NCBI GenBank assembly: GCA_964393915.1
Contig: CAYMXK010000001.1
Coordinates: 1-47,651, forward strand
From: an uncultured Prolixibacteraceae bacterium
GTDB lineage: Bacteria; Bacteroidota; Bacteroidia; Bacteroidales; Prolixibacteraceae
Direction of reading: 5' to 3'
Length of the DNA: 47,651 nt
Part shown: piece after piece, positions 28,535 to 36,299 of the stretch
Position numbering within the stretch: the first letter of the stretch is position 1
How the letters are laid out: every line of letters starts with the position of its first letter
Notes under the pieces: model-generated
Database searches by the model: none
What the model was told of the DNA's origin: nothing
The model's input: the letters and a program-made list of their open reading frames with translations, nothing else
Translations under genes and position numbers: made by a program

Positions 28535-28617
28535 CTGTTTTTTACCTGATGCCTCTCATCTTAAATCCTGCGACTGCTAATCACACTCCTTACCAATGAA
28601 CAACATCCAATCTTTTG

Positions 28618-28691
28618 AGCCGAATGTCAGATTCGAACTGACGACCCCGAGATTACAAATCACGTGCTCTGGCCAACTGAGCTAATTCGGC
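28618..28691 (-). tRNA. tRNA-Thr(TGT)
   Basis: Reverse complement GCCGAATTAGCTCAGTTGGCCAGAGCACGTGATTTGTAATCTCGGGGTCGTCAGTTCGAATCTGACATTCGGCT. Confidence 0.97.
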
Positions 28692-28831
28692 AAAACTTAG
28701 TTCATTTCAGCTTGAATCTTCTTCAGAACGCTTGCGCTTTCCGTGAAACGCGGCGCAAAGAAAAACATTTTATTTTGATTCTGCAATACTAATTTTCTAA
28801 AAATTACTGCAAAGAACTTTTCTTAAAAAGT

Positions 28832-28929
28832 GGGTAAGCGATCTGTATCGCACCGCTCAACCACTTACCCTTGCTGCTTTCCAACCCTGGGGGAATTCAG
28901 TGGGAGCTGGTCGTACAGGACTTACCCGG
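28832..28929 (-). ncRNA. ffs: Signal recognition particle RNA (small bacterial type)
   Basis: The minus strand has a helix-8 motif CAGGGTTGGAAAGCAGCAAG and closing stem GGGTAAG/CTTACCC. TACTTTTG promoter lies immediately upstream. Confidence 0.92.
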
Positions 28930-29126
28930 CGCAAAAGTAGAAAAAAATGCAACACCAGCAAAAAAATTGTCGTCTCTGCCGGTTAAATAGTTCCCTTCAG
29001 TGTACTGTCTCCCAGTAAACCTTTGAATATAAGTCAATATATGAACATATTAACCTTTTATGCATTACCCATCAGTCACACACAAAAAACCCGTATATTT
29101 GCTGATCAAATCTTAAAACTTTCATC

Positions 29127-29681
29127 ATGGAACCAAATTTAATCAATGAAAATGTTGAAATTCAACCCGAAAGACCAGGCTTTTGGCAATCAGCAATGAC
29201 CTACGGATTATACTTTGCCATTATCAGCATTGCACTGACTGTTCTTCTTTATGCAACAGACAATATGATGTCCAAGGCAATTCAATGGTTGAGCATAGCT
29301 GTGATTATAGCAGCTGTGGTTATTATTCAACTTGCCTGGAGGAAATCACTGGGTGGGTATATGTCATACGGACAGGGACTTGGAATAGCCGTACTTTCCC
29401 TGGTCTTTGCTTCGGTGATCATCGCCATATTTACCTTCATTTTATATAAATTCATTGATCCGGGCCTTATTGAACAGATTAAACTGGCCACAGAAGAACA
29501 ACTTTACCAGAGAGGAATGCCCGATGAACAGATCAATGCGGCGATGGCCATATCTTCGAAATTTCAAACACCCGCCATCATGGCTGTGATGGCCATCATA
29601 AATATGGCTGTTATGGGGTTAATATTCGGAGCCATTACCGCCATATTTACAAAGAAACAATCTCCATCGGTTTTTAATTAA
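29127..29681 (+). CDS. DUF4199-like membrane protein
   Basis: Four TM segments with GGYMSYGQGL and Y.FIDP motifs, preceding a GT2 gene as is common in Bacteroidota. TATATTTG at 29094. Confidence 0.8.
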   Translation: MEPNLINENVEIQPERPGFWQSAMTYGLYFAIISIALTVLLYATDNMMSKAIQWLSIAVIIAAVVIIQLAWRKSLGGYMSYGQGLGIAVLSLVFASVIIAIFTFILYKFIDPGLIEQIKLATEEQLYQRGMPDEQINAAMAISSKFQTPAIMAVMAIINMAVMGLIFGAITAIFTKKQSPSVFN

Positions 29682-29698
29682 AAATCTATAAATCAAAC

Positions 29699-30673
29699 AT
29701 GGAAATTTCTGTTGTTGTTCCCCTTTACAATGAAGAAGACTCACTTCCCGAGCTGACCACCTGGATTGATAAGGTGATGAAAAGCAACGGGTTCAGCTAT
29801 GAAGTTCTGCTGGTAGATGATGGAAGCACCGACAGTTCCTGGGAGATTATTGAAGAGCTATGTCACAAAAATCCAAGCATCAGAGGCATTAAGTTCAGGC
29901 GTAACCATGGAAAATCGGCGGCTTTGTTCTGCGGGTTCGATGCAGCTAAAGGGGATGTTGTTATCACCATGGATGCAGACCTTCAGGACAGTCCTGAAGA
30001 AATCCCGGGTCTCTATTACATGATAAAGGAAGAGAAGTATGATATGGTCTCTGGATGGAAAAAAAAGCGCTATGACCCATTAATAAAAACCCTTCCGTCG
30101 AAACTTTTTAATGGTACCGCGCGGATGGCATCGGGGATAAAACTTCACGATTTCAACTGTGGGTTAAAGGCCTATCGCAGAGAGGTAGTTAAAAGTATTG
30201 AGGTATATGGTGAAATGCACCGGTATATACCGATTTTAGCCAAGTATGCAGGATTTAAAAATATTGGGGAGAAAGTAGTCCAACACCAGGCCCGCAAGTA
30301 TGGCCAGACCAAATTTGGATTTGAGCGTTTCATCAATGGCTACCTGGATCTTCTTTCGGTTACATTTACATCAAAATTCGGAAAGAAACCGATGCATTTT
30401 TTCGGTCTCTTAGGCACGTTTATGATGATTTTTGGTTTTGCCTCCGCGGTCTATGTGGGCGCCAATAAACTTACCCTGCTGGCAAAGGGCATCAGGGCAC
30501 CTCTGGTTACCGACAATCCCTACTTTTATCTTGGGCTGGTTTGTATGATCATCGGAGTGCAACTCTTCCTCACCGGTTTTGTTGCTGAACTTGTTTCCCG
30601 CAATTCCACTGAAAGGAACAAGTATTTTATTGAGAAAAGAACCTTTGAAAAGGAACTTCACCCTAATACCTGA
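29699..30673 (+). CDS. Glycosyltransferase family 2 (ArnC/polyprenol-phosphate glycosyltransferase-like)
   Basis: Motifs SVVVPLYNEE, VDDGSTD, TMDADLQDSP, HDFNCGLKAY and GEMHRYIP, plus two C-terminal TM helices. Confidence 0.92.
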   Translation: MEISVVVPLYNEEDSLPELTTWIDKVMKSNGFSYEVLLVDDGSTDSSWEIIEELCHKNPSIRGIKFRRNHGKSAALFCGFDAAKGDVVITMDADLQDSPEEIPGLYYMIKEEKYDMVSGWKKKRYDPLIKTLPSKLFNGTARMASGIKLHDFNCGLKAYRREVVKSIEVYGEMHRYIPILAKYAGFKNIGEKVVQHQARKYGQTKFGFERFINGYLDLLSVTFTSKFGKKPMHFFGLLGTFMMIFGFASAVYVGANKLTLLAKGIRAPLVTDNPYFYLGLVCMIIGVQLFLTGFVAELVSRNSTERNKYFIEKRTFEKELHPNT

Positions 30674-30696
30674 CCAACTACCTTAAATTTGAAATT

Positions 30697-31530
30697 TTGA
30701 ACAACCATAATAAAAACATCGAGTTTCGCCTAAAGAGGGAAACCGGTGATATCATTCAGGCAACACTTGCATTTCTCCGTTCAGAATATAAGCAATTGGG
30801 AAAACTTATCGCCATATATGTATTGCCGTTTATGGTGCTGTATGCAATAACGCAGGTTTTTCTGCAAATTAAACTTACCGAAGCCGCCGGGGTCTTATCG
30901 GAGCTGGAACCGGAAAACCTTATGGATGAAATTGGCGGGTTGTACGGGAATTTTCTTCTTATCATTTTCTTCAATGTATTTGTGCAATCCCTTTTGGTGG
31001 CCCTTGTCTATTCCTACGTTCAGGTCTATCTCCGGAGAGGGAGGGGAAATATTTCAGATTCAGAGGTTACCGCGTTGCTTTTCCCCAATTCAGGCAAGGC
31101 CTTGATAACCGGGTTTTTTGCAGCAATTATGTCATTAATGGGTTTGACCCTCTGCCTTTTACCGGGAATTATCATTGCCAACTCGCTGTCGCTGGCCATT
31201 TTTATTGCCATATTCGAAAACAAGGGATTGGGCTATTCGCTCCTGCGCTCATGGGCACTCGTCAAGCAGCAGTGGTGGGCCACTTTTGCATTGAACGTTA
31301 TCGGGATTCTCTTTGTTTGGCTGGCGAGCATAACCATTTCGCTGCCTGCAGTATTCTATGATGCATTTTCAGGGAACGTTGCCAGCGAACTGGCTGTTAT
31401 TCCCCCATGGCGATGGTGGGTTTCAGGACTTTCAGTTGTTGGAAGTTCTGTAACTGCGGTTGTGGTGTTCATCTTTTTGGCTTTTCAATATTTCAACCTG
31501 ACAGAACGGGAGAAGGAAGAAGTTGGCTAA
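30697..31530 (+). CDS. Hypothetical multi-pass membrane protein
   Basis: About six hydrophobic segments with R..GDI...T..F, LCLLPGI, RSWALVK..WW and QYFNL.E.KE patterns. The TTG start is uncertain. Confidence 0.75.
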   Translation: MNNHNKNIEFRLKRETGDIIQATLAFLRSEYKQLGKLIAIYVLPFMVLYAITQVFLQIKLTEAAGVLSELEPENLMDEIGGLYGNFLLIIFFNVFVQSLLVALVYSYVQVYLRRGRGNISDSEVTALLFPNSGKALITGFFAAIMSLMGLTLCLLPGIIIANSLSLAIFIAIFENKGLGYSLLRSWALVKQQWWATFALNVIGILFVWLASITISLPAVFYDAFSGNVASELAVIPPWRWWVSGLSVVGSSVTAVVVFIFLAFQYFNLTEREKEEVG

Positions 31531-31551
31531 AAAGTCCATTTAACGTTAAAG

Positions 31552-31900
31552 CTTAACCGCAATGGACGCAAGGAAAAAACGCCAGGGACGCAAAAAATAC
31601 AGTTAAAGAAACGGAATAAAAGATTGTTAAATAACATATTGCGACCTTTGCGTAGACCTTTGCGAACCTTGCGGTTTAAATCTTCTTAGCCTCTATGAAC
31701 GTAAGGAAAACTCTGCGAGACCTCGCGGTATTTGTAACCACAAAGGGCCACTAAGGAGACACAAAGGGCCACTAAGTTTCAATCAAATTATTAATCATAT
31801 AATCTCTGTGGTTCTATGCCTTCTCCGTGGTTCTCTGTGGTTCTCTGTTTTTGAAATTTTTACCACAAAGAAATACAGCAAATTAAAAACGGAATAAAAC
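31552..31900. repeat. Mosaic palindromic intergenic repeat locus 2
   Basis: Same modules as 2229-2504 in a different order, forming two consecutive imperfect hairpins (CGCAA-type 31553-31677 and CACAAAG-type 31736-31842). Confidence 0.88.
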
Positions 31901-31902
31901 CC

Positions 31903-31910
31903 TACCTTTG
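31903..31910 (+). promoter_or_regulatory. -7 promoter element of rnpB
   Basis: TACCTTTG directly upstream of the RNase P RNA 5' end. Confidence 0.75.
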
Positions 31911-31914
31911 CAGC

Positions 31915-32326
31915 GGCAGACCGCTCTATCGCTCCGGTCACCCCGGTAACCCGGGAACCGGAGAGGAAAGTCCGGGCAACAAAGGGCACCATGCTTCCTA
32001 ACGGGAAGACGGGCGTAAGTCCGAAGCAACGTAACAGAAAATAACCGTCCCGTCATCTGACGATGACGGGACAAGGGTGAAAAGGTGCGGTAAGAGCGCA
32101 CCGGCGGGGTGGTGACATTCCCGGCCGTACGTCTCATGGGTTGCAAGACCAAATATATCCCGGTCGAAAGGCAAGGCGGCCCGCTTTGCTTCCGGCGGCC
32201 TTAGGGCCAACGGTTGCCGGGAGGGGTAGGTTGCAAGATCCCGTCAGCGATGGCGGGGCCAGATAAATGATAGAGGTCCCTTTGCCATCCGGCAAAGGGA
32301 AACAGAACCCGGCTTACAGGTCTGCC
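31915..32326 (+). ncRNA. rnpB: RNase P RNA (class A)
   Basis: GAGGAAAGTCCGGGC, AGGGTGAAAAGGTGCGGTAAGAGCGCACC, AGATAAATGA and ACAGAACCCGGCTTA; P1 stem GGCAGACC/GGTCTGCC. Confidence 0.97.
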
Positions 32327-32356
32327 ATTTTTTTAATCACACTCTTTATCAGGCAT

Positions 32357-32569
32357 TTAACCTGTGATAAAATCAAGAATATTGCTGGCTCCTGAAGTTC
32401 GGCTGGCTTTGTAAAATTCGGTGAATCCGCAATGGGTGCAGCTAACTGCTGTAAACTTACGGTTCTGAATATTGAAATAGCGGGTAAAACCCGAGCCGGT
32501 TGTCCTGATATTGTCTATTTCTGCTTTTTTACCCCCACATTTAGGACAGGCATAACTTTTTGCATTCAT
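32357..32569 (-). CDS. Small zinc-ribbon protein (predicted nucleic-acid binding)
   Basis: CPKC...FNIQNRKF..VSC..CGFTEFY...ILDF pattern. Confidence 0.85.
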   Translation of the reverse strand: MNAKSYACPKCGGKKAEIDNIRTTGSGFTRYFNIQNRKFTAVSCTHCGFTEFYKASRTSGASNILDFITG

Positions 32570-32599
32570 GTTGTATGGCTGTAAAGATTATTTCGATCA

Positions 32600-33997
32600 C
32601 TATTTTATGTTCTCCTTGATCCACAACGTAATTTTGTTCAATGCCTCAGGCGAGAAGGTTTGTTCGATCCGGGCATACTCAGCAGGCAATCCTGTCTGAC
32701 ATTCCTGAAACAAATGGTTCAACCCCGGCATAACCAGGGTGGTAAACTGCAGATTGCCGCCTTTTCTTAATGCATTCTCAATGGCAGCAAGATTTTCTTT
32801 TGGAGGAACCTGCAGGTCGAGCTCGCCGTTGATGGCCAAAACCGGGCATTTAACCTTTTCAAGGTCCGTTGCAGGATGGTGGTTAATAAAAAACTGCATC
32901 CAGGGATTTACAAGTTGGCCGACCATCGACGCAATATATTTATCCAGGCCATCACCATCCGGCCGTTGCGATTCAGGGAGATTCCCGATGTTCTTCCTGA
33001 AATAGGCATCAAGAGATTCAGCCAGGAACACAGGGTCACTGGATTCCTTCAGTATGGCGAACGCTCCCTTGTTGAGCAGGTCAGCATGCTTCAGATATTC
33101 ATCCGTTAAGCCATGCGCCTTTCCAATCAACTGATTTTGAAGCACCAACAATTCATCTCCGGGAATACCTGAACCCGCAAGCAGAACGATAAATGCCACA
33201 TCAGCTGACCGGCTGGCCAGCATGGGTGCAATTATTCCTCCCTCACTATGTCCGATAAGGCCTATCTGTTTATGGTTTATCTTTCCGAGTGTTTTCAGAT
33301 ACTCAACGGCTGCCCCGGCATCCCTGCTGAAATCTACAGATGTGGCCGTGACAAAAACACCTTCGGATTGGGCAGTCCCGCGGTCATCAAAACGGAGGAC
33401 GGATATTCCATTCCGGGTAAGATGATCAGCAATAACCAGGAAAGGCCTATGTCCCATTATTTCCTCATCACGGTTCTGCGGACCACTGCCACTTATGAGC
33501 ACCACCGCAGGGAAAGGGCCATCTCCTTCCGGACAGGTCAATGTTCCGGCCAGTCTAATCTGGTCAGTTTTGTTTATAAAAACTATTTCCTCTGCATGGT
33601 AAGGATAAGGTTCCACCGGCTCCTGGGGCCGCTTATAAATGGCCTTCCCGATAACATTCCTGCTGAGATCAAGCTGAAACGACATTCCCCCTTGCTTAAA
33701 AGAACCTTTGATACTATCACCTGCGTAATTGCCTGAATATTCGATCATTAATTCAGTAAGCTTTATCAGAAGCACACCATCGTTAAAATCGGCTGATGTG
33801 GCTTTAAGGCCATAGGCATTCTGATCCGGACTGTCCATGGTAGCGGAATAACCATCTGCCGTTTTTTCAATGTTAAATACTACGCGCAGCTGCCCTCCCG
33901 GCAATTTCAACACACCGTTCCATTGCCCTTCAATTTCTTGTGCGACAGAATGAAGGAAGAGAAAAAAGATAGCTGATACAACCAAAACATTTTTCAT
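32600..33997 (-). CDS. Secreted alpha/beta-fold hydrolase
   Basis: Signal peptide from MKNVLVV. Motifs RPQEP, LAGTLT, SGSGPQNRDE, RFDDRG, GHSEGG nucleophile elbow, DLQV and NHLFQ. Confidence 0.88.
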   Translation of the reverse strand: MKNVLVVSAIFFLFLHSVAQEIEGQWNGVLKLPGGQLRVVFNIEKTADGYSATMDSPDQNAYGLKATSADFNDGVLLIKLTELMIEYSGNYAGDSIKGSFKQGGMSFQLDLSRNVIGKAIYKRPQEPVEPYPYHAEEIVFINKTDQIRLAGTLTCPEGDGPFPAVVLISGSGPQNRDEEIMGHRPFLVIADHLTRNGISVLRFDDRGTAQSEGVFVTATSVDFSRDAGAAVEYLKTLGKINHKQIGLIGHSEGGIIAPMLASRSADVAFIVLLAGSGIPGDELLVLQNQLIGKAHGLTDEYLKHADLLNKGAFAILKESSDPVFLAESLDAYFRKNIGNLPESQRPDGDGLDKYIASMVGQLVNPWMQFFINHHPATDLEKVKCPVLAINGELDLQVPPKENLAAIENALRKGGNLQFTTLVMPGLNHLFQECQTGLPAEYARIEQTFSPEALNKITLWIKENIK

Positions 33998-34107
33998 CTC
34001 TCTCAAATTGTTAGTTTTTAAAGGTATTCGATGTAACTCCCATGAAAATTTCAATGTTTCACGTGTGTGATTTCAGATTATTCATGGTCGTTTCATATCG
34101 TATTTTT

Positions 34108-34284
34108 TTAAGCTTGCTGAGGTCCATCTGCATCCTTTTTTAAACGTTTAGCCTCTTTTAACGCCCTGTGAATAATCCACTCAAGCTGCCCGTTTGTGCT
34201 GCGGAATTCATCCGAAGCCCATTTTTCAATGGCAGCCAGCAATTCAGCGTCGACGCGTAATGCAAATGTTTTCTTTTTGTTCAT
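34108..34284 (-). CDS. Arc/ribbon-helix-helix DNA-binding protein (58 aa, missing from the ORF track)
   Basis: MNKKKTFALRVDAELLAAIEKWASDEFRSTNGQLEWIIHRAL..., starting 6 bp after the SPFH stop. Confidence 0.88.
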   Translation of the reverse strand: MNKKKTFALRVDAELLAAIEKWASDEFRSTNGQLEWIIHRALKEAKRLKKDADGPQQA

Positions 34285-34290
34285 GCTTTA

Positions 34291-35136
34291 TTAATACAAT
34301 GTGCCGGCATTTACTATTGGCGTAGTTTCCTTGTCACCGCAAAGAACAACCATTAGGTTGCTCACCATGGATGCTTTCTTCTCCTCATCGAGCTGTACGA
34401 TATCCTTTTTGCTCAACTCAGCCAGGGCCATCTCGACCATACTGACTGCACCCTCAACAATTTTAAAACGCGCAGCCACAATGGCAGATGCCTGTTGCCT
34501 TTTAAGCATAGCCTGGGCAATTTCCTGGGCATAGGCAAGGTAATTGATCCGGGCTTCCATCACTTCCACCCCGGCTATGCTCAGTCTTTCCGTCAATTCC
34601 CTTTCCAGCTGGTCATTAACCTCTTCTCCCCCGCTTCTTAGAGTAACCTCAGCCTCATGATCCTCAAAATTATCATATGGATAAAGTCCTGCCAGCTTTC
34701 TTATGGCTGCTTCCGTCTGAATATTAACGAAATGCTCATAATCATCGACCTGGAAAGCTGCCTTAAACGTTTCCTGAACCCGCCAGACAAGAACAACGCC
34801 AATCATAATGGGATTGCCGATCTTGTCGTTAACCTTGATGGGATCTGAATCGATATTGCGTGCCCTCAGGGAGAATCTCTTTTTCACCAGAAACGGGTTT
34901 ACCCAATAAAAACCGTTGGTTTTAATGCTTCCCTTATAGGCTCCGAAAAGAACCAGAACAGAGCTTTCATTGGGGTTGACAACCAGAAAGCCAAGCGCAA
35001 GAAACGCAAAAACAATAACCGTTATTGCTGCAGGAATAATCATGCCTCTCATGAAGCCTAAAACAATGACTACCAGTAGTACTAACTCTATGAGTACAAA
35101 AAAGTAGCCGGATGCAGGTGTAAATTTCTTTTCCAT
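34291..35136 (-). CDS. SPFH/band 7 domain membrane protein
   Basis: Two TM helices, LFGAYKG, KVNDKIGNPI, QTEAAIR, YPYD, LAYAQEIAQAML.RQQA and MVSNLMVVLC. Confidence 0.92.
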   Translation of the reverse strand: MEKKFTPASGYFFVLIELVLLVVIVLGFMRGMIIPAAITVIVFAFLALGFLVVNPNESSVLVLFGAYKGSIKTNGFYWVNPFLVKKRFSLRARNIDSDPIKVNDKIGNPIMIGVVLVWRVQETFKAAFQVDDYEHFVNIQTEAAIRKLAGLYPYDNFEDHEAEVTLRSGGEEVNDQLERELTERLSIAGVEVMEARINYLAYAQEIAQAMLKRQQASAIVAARFKIVEGAVSMVEMALAELSKKDIVQLDEEKKASMVSNLMVVLCGDKETTPIVNAGTLY

Positions 35137-35150
35137 AATGTGGTTTTTTA

Positions 35151-35180
35151 TGATATCATTTTAATATCACAAATATATCA
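35151..35180 (-). promoter_or_regulatory. Candidate RHH operator overlapping the SPFH promoter
   Basis: TGATATCA, TAATATCA and ATATATCA at 11-bp spacing, overlapping a minus-strand TATATTTG (35170-35177). Confidence 0.6.
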
Positions 35181-35230
35181 CTTTAATATTTACCAAATAC
35201 AACTTCAGGAAAAAAATTTAAGGGAGGTAT

Positions 35231-35266
35231 AAAAAAAAATCCCGGGACAAATGTCCCGGGATTTTT
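35231..35266 (-). terminator. Intrinsic terminator
   Basis: ATCCCGGGACA-A-ATGTCCCGGGAT hairpin flanked by A and T runs, at the stop of the small gene. Confidence 0.85.
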
Positions 35267-35486
35267 AGTTGAGAACCCATTCTATTTCTCCGACCGATTG
35301 AGATTTTGTAACCTCCAGCGACCGGGCAAAGTTCAGGATGACATTTACCACACTCTCAGGCGGTGAAGCATCTTCCCGAATGTCGTGCGGATATTCTTCA
35401 TAACCGGAATACCCATCAAAGTCTGAATTTTTTAACTCTGCTTTAATTTTATTGACAAGAAAAATCAACGTAGACATTTCATTCAT
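35265..35486 (-). CDS. Small hypothetical protein downstream of the ECF sigma factor
   Basis: C-terminal P.ESVVNVILNFARSLEV.KS...G.IE.VLN resembles a small Bacteroidota family recalled at this position; followed by a terminator. Confidence 0.7.
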   Translation of the reverse strand: MNEMSTLIFLVNKIKAELKNSDFDGYSGYEEYPHDIREDASPPESVVNVILNFARSLEVTKSQSVGEIEWVLN

Positions 35487-35547
35487 AGGCACTGAATTAT
35501 TTTATTAAAATAACGGTGCCCTAAAGTTAATATTGTGTTAACGTTGG

Positions 35548-36141
35548 TTAAATACGGGTAAGTGTAAGTTTTTTCTTTTCAATGATTTTCCGAAGGTTTA
35601 TCAAAGCGTACCGCATTCTCCCCAGTGCCGTATTAATGCTCACATCGGTCTGATCTGCGATCTCCTTGAAGCTTAGTCCCATATAGTGTCGCATATGTAT
35701 AACCTGCTGCTGGTCTTCGGGTAATTCCCGTATCAGTTCTTTCACTTCAAAAAGAATTTGATTCATCACCAATTGATCCTCAATGTTTTCATCAGAAAAT
35801 TTACAGGAATTAAAAATGTCGTTCTCAAAACTGTCATTCGAGATGGTTGCATTCTGTTTTTCCCTGCGAAAATGATCGATGATGAGATTGTGTGCAATCC
35901 GTAAAACCCAGGAAATAAATTTTCCGTTTTCAACGTACTTGCCATGCTTAAGAGACCGGATAACCTTAATGAAGGTATCCTGGAAGATATCCTGGGCCAG
36001 ATCCTGGTTTTTCACTATTAACAGAATATAGGAATATACCCTGTTCTTGTGACGGTTTATTAAGGTTTCGATGGATGAATGATCACCATTGACAAAAAGC
36101 TGAACGAGTTCATTGTCGTTCAAATTATCCGCTTTGAACAT
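35548..36141 (-). CDS. ECF-type RNA polymerase sigma-70 factor
   Basis: Region 2 AQDIFQDTFIKV...WVLRIAHNLIIDHFR; region 4 LPEDQ...LSFKEIA..T.VSINTALGRMRYA. Confidence 0.93.
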   Translation of the reverse strand: MFKADNLNDNELVQLFVNGDHSSIETLINRHKNRVYSYILLIVKNQDLAQDIFQDTFIKVIRSLKHGKYVENGKFISWVLRIAHNLIIDHFRREKQNATISNDSFENDIFNSCKFSDENIEDQLVMNQILFEVKELIRELPEDQQQVIHMRHYMGLSFKEIADQTDVSINTALGRMRYALINLRKIIEKKKLTLTRI

Positions 36142-36299
36142 TACTTTCTATTTTTTTAAGGTAACAAAAAGTAAAGCTTATGTCAATAGGCAATCAGTTT
36201 TAAATGAGTGAAACAATTTGCTAATTTTGCACGATGTAAAAATGAAACTTTTTCAGGAGAAATACAAATTTTTTTTCATCCTTAAATTTTATTTTAGTA

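Noticed and set aside
28568..28586. GCGACTGCTAATCAC resembling a tRNA-Ser(GCT) anticodon arm
   Set aside because: No D arm, T arm or acceptor stem is present.
31551..31680. Integron attC interpretation (GCTTAAC...hairpin...GTT)
   Set aside because: The left end fits RYYYAAC but the right end GTTTAAA does not fit GTTRRRY. The flanking genes are housekeeping, with no cassette array or integrase.
31883..32210. Minus-strand ORFs of 70-89 aa
   Set aside because: They overlap the RNase P RNA and are typical spurious antisense calls.
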